Source: Pseudovirgaria hyperparasitica (taxonomy: Eukaryota). Taken from it: a stretch of 64,000 nt of DNA. The notes beneath the pieces were generated by a model. It saw only the letters and a program-made list of their open reading frames with translations, was not told the DNA's origin and made no database searches. How positions within the stretch are numbered: the first letter of the stretch is position 1; each line of letters opens with the position of its first letter. The stretch lies in the NCBI GenBank assembly GCA_010093815.1, contig ML996591.1; one strand, written 5' to 3'. Both the position numbers and the translations under genes were made by a program. Positions 24,936 to 37,481 of the stretch are shown piece after piece.

Positions 24936-25823
24936 ATGTATCAGTCCAGCAACTTCGAGTGCGAGACGTGCGATCGCGAGTTCGGCAGCGAATATGCAGC
25001 CAGTCAGCATATGAATGCGCGCGGTCACTGGGCCAAACGCTATCCCTGCGAGTCCTGCGGCGACGTCTTTCTCAACGAGTATGAGTGTGAAGAGCACATG
25101 GACCAATATGATCATTATGCTCCGAAGCACGGCTGTGAGGCATGCTCTAAGATGTTCTATTCGGCTCAGGCTGCTCGAGCGCACATGGACAAGCTGGATC
25201 ATTGGCGACGTGTTTGGTGCGATAAATGCCAGAGAGGCTTCCAGAATGAAAACAAATTACGCATGGTAAGCCACTCCGGACCGAACATCCTTTTGTCTTC
25301 CAGTTTTTGACCTGGGTAGCATCTCAATGGTGCTGCGCATCGCGCTAACTCAATCGATTGTCCATTCTGCAAACGCAACTTCACCACCGCCACGGGCGTC
25401 ACGCACCATCTCGAATCCGGCTCATGTCCCAATGCAACCAATGTCAACCGCGAGGTAATCTATCGTGCAATTCGCGCAAGGGACACTTCTGGCGTGATCA
25501 CTCATAAAACCATCGAGTGGCACTCCCAATCGAATGGCTCTTTTGAGGCCAGTAACGCATCCTGGAACGGAGAATGCTTCGAATGTTACTTGTGCCACCG
25601 TGGTTTCAACACATTGCGTGGCTTGAATCAGCATCTAAGCAGCCCGGCCCACAAGCAAAGAATCTATCATTGTGTCAGTCGCAGGTGTGGGAAGGAATTC
25701 ACTGCACTGGCAGCGCTGTTCAGTCATCTCGAAAGTGAAAGTTGCGGGGCGGTGAGGTTCGAGAGGGTGCAGAAGAGTATGCAAGGAATCTTGACGGGCA
25801 GGACTAGAGCAATTGCTTTCTGA
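24936..25823 (+). CDS. Multi-C2H2 zinc-finger protein; intron 25266-25319
   Basis: Repeated CxxC...HxxxxH fingers (CETC, CESC, CEAC, CDKC, CPFC, CYLC) and HHLESGSC / HLESESC motifs. Confidence 0.9.
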
Positions 25824-26604
25824 TTTCGTTGCGGGACCCTTGGCGCTGAAGATACGGCTGTATCTTGTTGACTGGAGTAGAAAAGTCAGGGTGGGACTCT
25901 CAATTTCTCGGGCGGCATTTGTCAGCCTCAAGTTTCGTTATACGATTTGACGCTGGGAGGGTCGGAGTGTGGTATTATGAGCTACAGCTGAAGGCATAGT
26001 GCTTCACACAGCATGATTCTTCGCACAACACGCAGTGCGAGACATACCATTCTTTCACAACAAATACTTATATCTTGAAGATTATACAGAATTCACAATC
26101 GCTGTTGATTGATAATATCCAACGCTGCTCTGTCTGCCTTTCATCTATACCACATGATTTTACAGGGGGAGGAGATCTGGAGCAAAGACTGCCAGATCAA
26201 CAAGCCTGCGCCCGTGTTAGAACAGTTCATTATTAGTTGGTGAGCATAGGTGTCATTCTCTTGCGTGTAAACGTTGAGAGTCCTGATAAGTAGACAACAA
26301 TTTCTCACTATTCTACGTGCATATAGCTAGGTAAGATACAGCTATCTAGTACAAAAGACTCCGTAAAGGAGCGCGCACTGTCCTGGATTCCCACGCTGTT
26401 TGAATTGTCGTAGTCACAAGTGAAATTACAGACACGCTAACAATGAACAGCCTGGAGGCAGTCACAACTCCTCTGTTATAGCACGTGAAACCAAAAATCC
26501 TCATAATATTTCTACGATCTCTCAAGTTCTAGGAGCTCTCTACATATACAGCCTTACCACAAGAGCTTCCGCAATTTACGGATTCTGATACTGCGGGAGT
26601 CGAA

Positions 26605-27162
26605 ATGTCTGCATCAACTGTACGTATCCCCTCTTCCTCTTCGACACTGCAGTGTATGTATACTCACCAAATATGTGCACAGTCTGGAAAAACCCTGACC
26701 AACGAGTCCAACGAACACACCGAACACACCGGAGACACCGAACGTAGTCCACCACCTCCTTCACCTCCTCCCCTCACCCATTCCGAATGGCGCGCCCAGT
26801 ACACACACCACTGGCATCTCCACAACACCACCACAACCCTCACCGCCACGCACGAAGCAGCCAAAGCCGACCTCGCCGCCGCACAAGCCCAAAACGAAAA
26901 GGCCATGCAAAACATCGATCGGCTCCTGGCAGAGTATGTCGCACAAGAGCTGAGATCAATCGCCGCTTGCGCCAGGATAGATCGCGACTTGGGTGAGCTG
27001 GAGGATGCGTTGGGCTTGCAAAAGCGGACTCTGGTGGGCCTTGCGGCGGATGATCAGCAGAGGGTGGTTCGGGAGAGGCTTGAGGCTATCAAGCGGACGG
27101 AGGTGAGGGTGGAGAGGCGTTGTTGGGGGCCGTTGAGGTTGACGGGGAGTTTGTTGTTTTGA
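26605..27162 (+). CDS. Hypothetical orphan protein, Pro-rich then coiled-coil-like
   Basis: 185-aa ATG-initiated ORF in an otherwise empty interval. No recognisable motif. Confidence 0.4.
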   Translation: MSASTVRIPSSSSTLQCMYTHQICAQSGKTLTNESNEHTEHTGDTERSPPPPSPPPLTHSEWRAQYTHHWHLHNTTTTLTATHEAAKADLAAAQAQNEKAMQNIDRLLAEYVAQELRSIAACARIDRDLGELEDALGLQKRTLVGLAADDQQRVVRERLEAIKRTEVRVERRCWGPLRLTGSLLF

Positions 27163-27594
27163 GGAGAGGGAGGCATAGGCAGGCTATTGGGTGGTTGAGG
27201 TATGGAGTTTGGATTTTACTAGTGCTCGTTGTATCGGGGCCTTGGGTAGTCAAATTATTGCGTGAGGCACAAGTTGATGTGTCAATCCGAAGTCTTCATT
27301 TTGAGTACTTATCAATCATGTCGCGTCAAGGTAAACAGGACAAGCCTGGAAGACTTCGGCAAGCTATGTTCTGGCCATGCTTGAATGGACGATGCTACTA
27401 CCCAACTCTTAACTCTAGGGCCGACTGTGCGTAGTAGAGAAATTACAACACGGTAGAGAGGGGATTGAAGAGGCAAGTAAAATGCGAGTGAAGACACTCA
27501 GTACTTTCCTTTGAATTAAATTCCTGTACGCCCAGTCCGGCACCTATACAATGTACAATGCTGCTGTCAAAGCTGCGTCCCCAATCTATGGTGT

Positions 27595-28708
27595 TCATTT
27601 TGCTTCATCAATATTCATCTCATCATTCGATTTCTTATGCTTCTCCCTCTCCGCCCGCAGTATCGCAAGGTACTTCTCGCGCTCCTCCTGCGCACGTTCA
27701 CGCAACGTGCCAAACGGATCAAAGCGCTCGTCCCGTGGGTCTTCGAACGGGTTCCTCAGCCAGTCGCCTGTGTCTGTCAACGTCGTGCTCCGCGGTCTAT
27801 TGTGGATCATGTCGTATGATTTCTTCAGCTGTGGATCTTCGAATGGGTTGCTGATTGTGGCTGGGGTGGGTGTTGTTGTTGTCTCCTCGTCTGATACGGT
27901 CTCGCTGGATGACACCATGGTCATGCGTGCTTTGTCGTGCAGAGAGATGCGGCCGCGGATGTATGACTTTGCGCGCCAGCCCGCAATCTTTCCTGAAGCG
28001 CGGGTGATGCGGTAGGTTGGAACGTGCGTAGAGTCTGGCTCAGCAATGCGTTTCTCCAGAGATGGTGATGAGGGTGACGTTGCAGGTGGCCGGCTGCCAC
28101 GCTTCGTTGATGAGAAGAGGTTGAGACCGAGGCCGGCGACACCTTTCCTCCCTTGGGTATGGGAGTCTGAGGATTGCTTCTTGCGGCAGTATCGAAGCCA
28201 CAGAAAAGCAATGAGACATAGACCTCCTGTCGACATGTTAGACATGATAGTATCCTTCGAAATGACCATACATACCAAGAATTGAGAACGTGGCCAGTAG
28301 ACCCTGCGCTACGGGTGATAGACTCATGTGTTCGTCATGCCGGATAGGATCTTTACTGATGAATCCTTGACTGGTATCTTCGGGCATGGCAGACGCTGGA
28401 GGTTGGTTCTGAGACGCTTCGGTAATGGCTGTTGCCTCTGCGGCAGACTGTGAGATTGATGTAGTCTCCTCAAATGCCCATGTTGGCCCAGCATAGTCGG
28501 ATTCGGGAGTCTCGGTAGGTAATGGAGCTACAGAACTGGCCGTGGTCCTGATAGCTGTTGCTGATGGGCGCGGGAAAGAGCCGGATGTTGGAGAAGGTGT
28601 GGCCGGACTGGCCGAGTCGCCAGGAGTCTTCGTGTAGTCTTCTATAGCCAACGCCTTCCTCGCAAGAAGATTCAATGAATATGGCCTGTTGGCTCTTATA
28701 AGGGCCAT
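27595..28708 (-). CDS. Single-pass membrane protein with Ser/Thr-rich N-terminal region (Mid2-like architecture); intron 28227-28275
   Basis: Splicing builds the TM segment VAQGLLATFSILGGLCLIAFLWL followed by RYCRKK. The tail carries repeated NPFED motifs. Confidence 0.7.
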
Positions 28709-29577
28709 GCTGCTGTGGAATCGCAAAGTTCGTTCTGGGGTATATATGCACAGCGAAGGGATCCACGGAACTCCAGCATTCAAAACAATTGCAGAGTAGC
28801 GGAGCAAGGGTATTAAAGGAAATAAACAGGTACACGAAACTACAGATTAAAGAGAGACGACTAAACGAGAGGCTGACCAGCAGAACAGAAAGATGCAGGA
28901 GCGAGATAGAAGTGAGTTAAGATGACATAAAAGTAGGACAAGAAGCAAGACACGACTCAAAAGAAACGTGAGAACTTGGGAAAAGGGAGTCTCAGTGAAC
29001 CTACGATTGCACGACCGATGCTGCAAGCTCTTCGGTCATGTATGAAGTTGAGCCTGTCTCAGATTGACCCCGTGTGGGTCAGCATAAGGCAGCTTGCCGC
29101 GTCCAGGTTGAAATTACCAAGTGGACAAGGCATTGCCTTTCGTGGTACGATCACTCTACTATCCGCATGGGCTTCTTACAGCAAATGGCTGCGTGTTCGC
29201 AGCCGATGGTGCCCGTGAAACGCCCTGGGCAGTTTCAGGAGTCAACTTTGGGGATGGTGTTTTGGGTTGCGTCAGGAGTCGCCTGTCTTGTGATTGGCCG
29301 CTAAGTTGGCGCTTATTTACACTAGTCTGCTTGCGTACATAGGCGCCCACGTCGTCTCAAAGCATATGATGGATGCCTCGTTGCCTCAGAGACCAGGCAC
29401 CACATTTCACTCCATTCAGGCTAAATCGACGTGCATCCATCCATTCACAGCTTTGTCTCCCTCAGCACCCCACACTTGACTCCTCACTCTGTACCTCGTG
29501 GCTTTCAGGTATATAGACCAAGTAAATAGTCATGGCTAGAGCTCTTGGGCTACAAGTTCACAGTACGCTTTACGGTC

Positions 29578-31285
29578 ATGGCTACTGGATTTCTGAAAGT
29601 CGAAGGAGAGAACATTGTGGGCAATGATGGCCAGCCTGTCATCCTGCGTGGCGCCGGTCTTGGAGGATGGATGAAGTGAGTCGAATAAGGGGGCCTAGAC
29701 TACAGAGACTGAGCAAGTTCCAGCATGGAGAACTTCATCACAGGTTACCCAGGACACGAGCACCAGCATCGTAAATCCATGCTCAAAGTTCTTGGAAAGG
29801 AGAAGTACGAGTTCTTCTTTGACAAATGGCTCGAGTACTTCTTCACAGAAGCTGATGCAAAGTTCTTTGCGAGCAAGGGTCTGAATTGTCTGCGCATCCC
29901 GTTCAACTACCGTCACTTTGAGGATGATGATAACCCGAGAGTGCTAAAGAAGGGAGGCTTCAAGCATCTCGATCGTGTCGTAGACCTGGTATGCGATTCT
30001 GAGTGCTTCAACAAGGACACATGGAGGTTACTGATGGTGTCCTTAGTGCGCAAATCACAAGATATATACGATCCTTGATATGCATGCCCTGCCTGGCGGC
30101 CACAACGGTGACTGGCATTCCGACAATCCGACAAATTATGCCGCATTCTGGGTACATAAAGACTTCCAGGATCGCACCATTTGGCTCTGGGAACAGCTTG
30201 CCTCACATTACAAGTCCAATCCCTGGGTTGCAGGCTACAATCCAATCAACGAGCCCTGCGACCCAGAGCATCACCGTCTACCCGCCTTCTACGCCCGGCT
30301 GGAACCTGCCATCCGAGCCATCGATCCGAACCACATCCTATGGCTCGACGGTAATACGTTTGCCCAAGAATGGCAGTATTTTGACACCGTTCTCCCGAAT
30401 TGCGTTTATGCGCTGCATGACTATACCGTACGACGCTTCCTATCTGATACAGGAGAAAGCAGCGGAGTCGCGCTAACAAGACCAGATGTATGGCTTCCCG
30501 AAAGGCAAACGCTTCACCGGCGCCTCTTCCCAGCTCGCCCGTCTCGAGCTGCAGTTCCTCGAGAAGGCCAAGTTCATGTACGCACACAAGACACCTATTT
30601 GGAACGGCGAATTCGGCCCGGTATATGCCCTCGACGGACTAGATGACGACCCGGAGAAGACCAATGAAGCACGCGTCAACGTTCTAGGGGCGCAGCTGGA
30701 CATCTACGATAAGTACAAGATCCACTGGAGCATCTGGCTATATAAGGTTCGCGCTAGCGTCGCACAATAGCTCTATACTCATTCGTTACTAATGGCAAGC
30801 AGGACATTGGATTCCAGGGTATGATCCACACAGACCCCAAGAGCAAGTACATGACAACAATTAATTCCTGGCTCGATCGCAAACGCAAGTTGCAACTCGA
30901 CGCGTGGGGTCGGCACCCAAGCAAGGAGGTCGAAGATGTCATTTTCCCACTGGTCAAGTATATCGATAGCGTGTGTCCGACGAGTTCGAATCAGTATCCG
31001 CCGAATTGGAGTACCGAGAGACAGGTCACCAGGCTGATAAACCAGATGTGGATGAGCCAGTGTACGTCGGACGAATTTGCGGAGTTGTTCAAGGATATGA
31101 GCGTGGAGGAACTGGACGAGTGTGCGAGGAGCTTTCATTTTGATAATTGCTTGCAGCGCGAGCAGTTGAATAAGATGTTGGAGGCACATTCAGTGGTGGC
31201 GGACATATCGAAGGATTTTGTAAGACCCACGAATGATAGGCCTGATTTGGGAAAATATGATCCGTCGATGGAACAGGGAGATTGA
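29578..31285 (+). CDS. Glycoside hydrolase family 5, probably intracellular (GH5_22 beta-xylosidase-like); introns 29676-29723, 29989-30046, 30428-30485, 30747-30802
   Basis: Motifs LRGAGLGGWMNMENFITGYPG, LRIPFNYRHF, acid/base NPINEP and nucleophile IWNGEFG. No signal peptide. Confidence 0.92.
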
Positions 31286-31648
31286 GACGCTCATGCTGGT
31301 GTGCTCTGGTATCGACAATAACAGATCGAAACCATTTAAGAATGAATTATGATACGTATATCTGGTCACGCTATTGGATGCATAACAAGACGGTAAGATC
31401 TAGGTTCAAGATTTGAGCCAAGATGTAACAGAGCTCTATCTATCGCAGCAAGGATGAGAGGATTCCTGCAAGCGAGGGAAAATTTGCGTTATGTCCACTG
31501 TCACGAAGAAAAGATCGTTCTGAGGCCGAGATTGAGGTTTCTTAAACACCTGAATGTAACGTCAATAAGTTGGTACGTGCAATCGTCATTCATTCCTATA
31601 TACAGCCTCATCAACCAGATATATACATGCAGACCCCAGTCCACCCCT

Positions 31649-32976
31649 CTAAACCAAGATCAACGGACATGGATAATCCGCAAAGATCGGATTCAGCTTC
31701 GTCGCAGCCAGCTTAATCTGCTGCACCGTATTCAACGGACCCCCGCCTACAGTCGCCGGCGCCACACCCACCGCAAGCTGATACAGCGCGCAAACCACAT
31801 TATCGGCATCACTAATATCAAACCCAGGCGTGCCATCCTCGTTGAACAACAGGAAATTCCCATCGCCAGTATTCACACCAAATGGCTTCGGGTTGGCGCC
31901 ATACTGCGCAAAGATCTCGCTTCCCGCGCCGTTGAGGTCGTACGGCTTGACACGGTTGCGCCAGCCCGGGGGGGCACGCTCGGGGATATGCGTCCAGCCG
32001 CCGTTGCCGTCCTCTTCGGCGCCGAAGAAGGACTTCATCGTCGTTAGGTCGGCGGCGTAGTTTGAGCCGGGGAAGAGTTCGTAGAGGAAGGAGGAGGCTC
32101 CGTAGAGGAGCAGACTGCCCGGGCCGAAGAAGAAGTTGGGATTCTCGGCACGGCTCTGGTCCCAGCGCTCGGCGCGGTATTTGGACAGCGGGAGGCGGGT
32201 GAAGTCGCCTCCTGTCGACTTGTACATCATGTCGAATAGGGTGCCGTTGAACTGGAAGTTGTCGCCGTTTGCGGTGAAGTAGTCGTTGCGGGTCAGCGAG
32301 GTGTCACTGCAGTTATCGTAAGTGATTTGAACTTTGGATACGGTTAATTTATCTTACGCTTCGAACTTGTTGTGGCCGTTCAGGCCGGGCTCTTTCTGGA
32401 TAAGATTTGAGCCTGTGACTGCGGTTCGGGCAGTCGCGTCGCAGCCGATGGATAGCTTTTCGGTTACGAGGTCGCCGTCGAGACCGACGCCGGCTAAGGC
32501 GAGGAGGTTGGCGAGACCGTAGCCGACGTTGTACATGTTTTGTTGGGCAGCGATCAGCTCGTTGTAGGTGACGATTCCATCACGGCTGAGGAAGCCGTGG
32601 TTGGCAGCGGCGTTTAGACCAGGGCAAGGTCCTCTGGGTCATGTCAGCATGTGAAGATGGTTTTGAAGTAAAGGGTTGCTTGCCTGATGTCGTTGGGACC
32701 TGGGGGACGGAACTCGTGGTCCACATCACCAGGGGCTGGAACGAGAATGCCTCCTTTACCGGTCCCTTTGACATTCTTGGACGGGTCTCCCCCTGTGTAA
32801 GGATATTTGGGGTTGAAGGGTACAGCACCAGTGTGGTCTGATGTGGTAGGGCATTGAGCATCAGTCTGGCGACGCTCGATATGACCATCAGGGAAGAGCT
32901 TTGAGTCTGGCATGCCCATGAAAGGATAAGCCGTTGTGACTGACGCTGAAAGCGCCAGAAGTGCAATTGATCTCAT
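31649..32976 (-). CDS. Secreted heme-thiolate peroxidase / unspecific peroxygenase; GC-AG intron 32634-32683 and GT-AG intron 32307-32357
   Basis: Signal peptide MRSIALLALSASVTTA. Heme ligand motif RGPCPGLNAAANHGFL and HNKFEADTSLTRND. Confidence 0.93.
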
Positions 32977-34091
32977 GGTGTCTGACAATTCTTTGGGTCT
33001 ACTGTGATGAGGCTGGAGGACAGGGCGTCCCAAAATCGTCCGGATCTACACTGTATCTTATACAGACGATCACGAAGTCTTGCGCACATTCTGACCGAGG
33101 CAGTGATTTGTCGCATACAGTCTTTATTGGCCCAAAATCAGGTCTAAGATGCCAATTGTCGCTGTGATAACGCTGGGCGATACCCTGGCGCACATGCCAA
33201 TCTTTAGCAATCACATCTCCCCACACCGTTGAGGGTCAACAGGGGCACAATCCAGTGCGCCCTAGCCGTCGATCAGTGAACTTGATCAAACATTGCCCCA
33301 TCGTGTTTGAGTGCTGAGCCAATAGAGCAGTGCGTGATAGAGAAGAAGAGGACTCTGTCCAATAAGAAGAGAGTGTGGGGTAAGCAAGCCTCGGCAGGTG
33401 TGTTTGTCTAGAGAGAGCTAATGGTAGATCAACGAGCTTAAGTTGACCTAAACATTCTCTCTAGGCCACTTCTCGCTAGGTTAATTACTTCACAACGCGA
33501 TAGTGAAGGAGTGTTTGGGATCTACAGGGTGGCATGAGCCTCGAACGGCTGACGGCGAAATGACCCTCTTTCGAATTCTTCAGATGCTTATCTACATCGT
33601 GGACTGTAGTGGTTTACTGGAAGTCCACACTGATGATGCACGAATTGGAGACGACGCATTTATGTCTAAGCTGTGCTTATCATAACCACCAGAGCATCGA
33701 GCGACCCGAGTAATACTTGTAATGATCTCAAAGTCCGTCCATTTCACGGCCAGTTCTTGGCGAAATCTCGTGCTCGAGACTTTTCGCTATCGGCTGCATG
33801 TAATACTATCCCTTGATTACTACTACATCTTTTTGCATTACGTTTATTGGTGGATCTCTGCATGTTTGATCTGTCTACAGTGGGTCAGATGGCGCCTTGT
33901 GACGCCCAGCTTCTGTTCTCGATGTAGTTGAGCAACAAGTCATCGAGTCTTGGTACATTCTACGCGGACAGAAAGCGAAGACCGGGAATTCTTAGCTGCA
34001 TGAAAGTCATCCTGATGAGTTTCTGGAAGCACTGAGGGTCCCATCGCACGCTGGGCGCATGAGACAGGAACGACTACTCAGGTAATTAATG

Positions 34092-34133
34092 ATGCTCGTT
34101 GAGACGTACTGGTATGCTCGTTGAGACGTACTG
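34092..34133. repeat. Perfect 20-bp direct repeat separated by GT
   Basis: atgctcgttgagacgtactg occurs at 34092-34111 and 34114-34133. Confidence 0.9.
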
Positions 34134-34932
34134 CTCATCAACCTATCAAAGCCTTAAGACACCACGCACCATTTATCGAGGGTCCACTTTACATATCCTG
34201 GTCCATGTAACTTGAAACGGTATTCTTGAGCGACGAAACCTATTACTATATCTTAATGCTTTCCAGAGCGTGTTTAGTTGCTTATGGCAATACCATGATG
34301 GCTCGATGGCAAATCTAGCTCACACAATGACCGTGGTAATTAAAAAAGGACATAGGAAAGGTCAACGAGTTGTCCTGGGTGAGGCGAAATGGAATCATAA
34401 AGTAAGTTCTTAGATCAGCCACGTTTGAGCCAAACGGTAGGCAGGTGGCGTTTCTTAATCTTTGTTCGACTATTTGTTATTAGTGGATATTCAAGTACAA
34501 CGACGTTAGTGGTAACATGTATACGATGTGAAATTGTCTTTTAAGGATAGACACGCTGGCCTTGTGGTTGTGCATTTCTACGTAAGCACGATGACGTAAC
34601 CGTTGTACAGCTCAAACATGAATAACACTCCATAACGTGAGGTATGATCGCGTAGGGCGATGAATTATTAGATAATGCTATCATGTGTGAACATGTGCTA
34701 ACAGTACTAGCTAAGTTCATGATTAATCCTAGTATCATAAACATGTTTTCTACAAGCATGAATGCGGGCGATTTGAAAGGCCACTACCTCCAACGCCCAT
34801 GATGCTCCTGATGCCGTCTAAAATAAGCTTACAGACAGCTCTGTACCGTCTTGTTTTGTAACGCCGTCCTGTGATATGACCAAGATGTAGTCTGACGACT
34901 ATCGTATAACAATGATCTAAAGAAGAAAACCC

Positions 34933-35799
34933 TCATGCAGTCATAATATCCATAGGAGGTCGCTCTGTTCTGACCTCTTTCATGCGATCTACATTCAGGG
35001 GAGTAAGGATACCAGGGCTTCCTGACAGGCCAGTCGTATCGTCGACGGAAATTACTGGGAGGAGAGGGCTGTCGCCGTGGTCATCAGGGTGATACACGAC
35101 CGTGGAACTTCCGCGCTTCCTCGTCTTAGCTCGAGGTGATGTCTCCGGGTTGCCGCTTTCTGTGGTTGGCGAGGGGCAGTCGATGCCTATATCTCTTGTT
35201 GCTGTGTTGGCATTCAGTTTCGCCAGAGCAGTTGCCAAATCTTCCGCGTGAACCATTTTATTTGGGGGGTCTTCATTGCGCACCTCCCAGCCATGCGGCG
35301 GCGATGGAGGAGGGCTGATGAAGAAGAGCCTGGCACTCTTGGGTAGGTCGAGATGTTGGTCCGCTGGGTTGATTGGAGTAGGTTCACCAAAGAAGACGCG
35401 CGTTGGGCAGCCCATCAAGTGCGTACCGTCAAGTTGCTGACGTATAGATATAGCATCCTCTATCTTGAAGAACGAAGCGATTATGCGGCGAAAGGACTTG
35501 AGAGGCGCGAAGGAGTGGAGTTCGGCGCGCTCATTAATACTGTCGCGAATGGTGGCAAGATTCGCTGGGTGGAAGATGGCGACATCGTGGAGGTTCTAGA
35601 GTCTGTTAATGGGACGGTTCAGGTGGAAAATATATGCCGGAGCACTTACAGTTATGATGAGAGTATTTGAGGGTTCTGATGGTGTTATGAGAGGTGGGAG
35701 GTCTGAAAGGTCGAGAGAGAGAGGTGATTTGGGTGCTTTGGAGGACGCATTGCTTGATGCGCGGCTCTGCCGAGGCGACGAGAAATCCACAGATGCCAT
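34933..35799 (-). CDS. RCN1: Calcipressin (regulator of calcineurin); intron 35596-35649
   Basis: RRM-like SNTLIITNL...FAPLKSFRRII, HLDLP (LxxP), FFISPPPSPP, PVISVD (PxIxIT-like) and C-terminal TERPP (TxxP). Confidence 0.93.
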
Positions 35800-37481
35800 A
35801 TTACTGTTTGGTATGTTGGGTGGTTTGGCAGCGGCTGGTAATTCAGCAGTTATATGGTTGTAGGTGTGTATTTGCTTGGAAGTACAATATCCGGGAGCGT
35901 TGAGTCGAATCATATATGTATTGACGCAAGATGGCGGAGCTCCATGGAAGGTTTGGCCACCGTTTTCCGGGCGCGCTAAGCATCAACCAATGGCGGAGCG
36001 GCATGATGTTCGAGATTGTCTAACACATTTAACACAGCCTCCTTCGTTCCCATCGCATGCACGTCCAACCCGAGCCCCCTTTCATTACCAATTGCTATCG
36101 TCACCGGGAATGTCCCACCCATGGAATTGCCCTAATCGCTAATCAGACGTCTAGTCCCAAGCGTAGTCGCAGTTTGACCACGTTCACAAGGCTGTGTCTA
36201 CGGTCGATGAGAGACGGACTCCTTTTGCTAGAGGGCGCAGCTACTAAACACTGGAGCGCCTAGGCATATTGCGTGGACACTTGCTTTGCTGTTCTCCCTT
36301 CCTCTACGTCGGTTGCAATGATGAGAGGATCAGCTACATTCCGGTCCCGAAAGAAAGAGAGACAGCCAACGTGAAGTCATAATGTCTCATGATCTCAGCA
36401 GCGGACAACAGGAGCCCACCGAAAGCCAGCCATGGCATCGCTAACATCTACTGAATCAATTGCACGTCATGGAATCAGATTACCCAAAGCGGCAAGCCTC
36501 GTTCGGCGGAATGATACATGGTCTCATAGGTGGCTTTGTCAACGGCGGCGAACTCACTCCGCCGCCAAGTGCTCAAGGCGGAGGTATAAGCCGTCATTCC
36601 ACGACAGATTCGACATGCTGTCATTCGCAATGCCGCGTTACGGCACGTGAGGATTATGGTCAATCTCCTGTCTGTCTATTGATCGGTCTTAGTCTCACCT
36701 TGTCTGCCCCTGTAATACTGCTGTCTGCTGAGCTTCTCATGTCTGAGGCGGAGCGGCGAGCTGTGTGCGCCGAGGTTGACTTTGGAAATCCGATTCCCAC
36801 TCAATACGATTCCTGGCTGGCTCAGGTGTCGACAGTCAGCGGCTCCTTATGTGTTGTACAACAGCTTGAACTACGCTTCCATGAATGTTGATGCAAGTTA
36901 TTTATGCAGCTGGTGCCACTACGAAAATTCACAAAGCGCAGACGAGCATTGGCGAGATCAGTATGCTCCCTTCATTGTTCGAGATAGTCATGCAACAAAT
37001 TGCGCTCGGTCAGACACAGGCTAGGTTAATGATGACACTCTGATCATTACGAATAGTCACCGACTACCTGACTTGCTAGATAATCGAGATAGTCAAAAGC
37101 AACATTCGATACTTGCATAAATGCACATTTGAGCTGTTTGGACTCAAGTTGATGAATACAGTCTACTACAATTGATTTGTATATTTACACGTGACCAGTC
37201 TGTCGGGAGGTGTGGCAGTGCACGAGGTACCAAGCCACGACCGCTTGGCACTGATCGGCATCCCGAAGATATTCAGACGTCGACTTTGCGACAATACAGT
37301 AGATCCACGGATCCTTCAATTCCCCCATAATCCGCATAGTCGTCACCGCGCTCGGCTCCACACATCACCTAACTAGCCCATCTTCAACTTCAAGGCTCAG
37401 GCGCGCATCAAATACGCCACCCAAGCTTCGCACAGCGTCGCGTGCAAAGCCACGACGGCCGCGTAGCACGTCTCTGCCAGA

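Noticed and set aside
31454..32047. 197-aa plus-strand ORF
   Set aside because: It overlaps the peroxygenase in antisense and is explained by codon bias.
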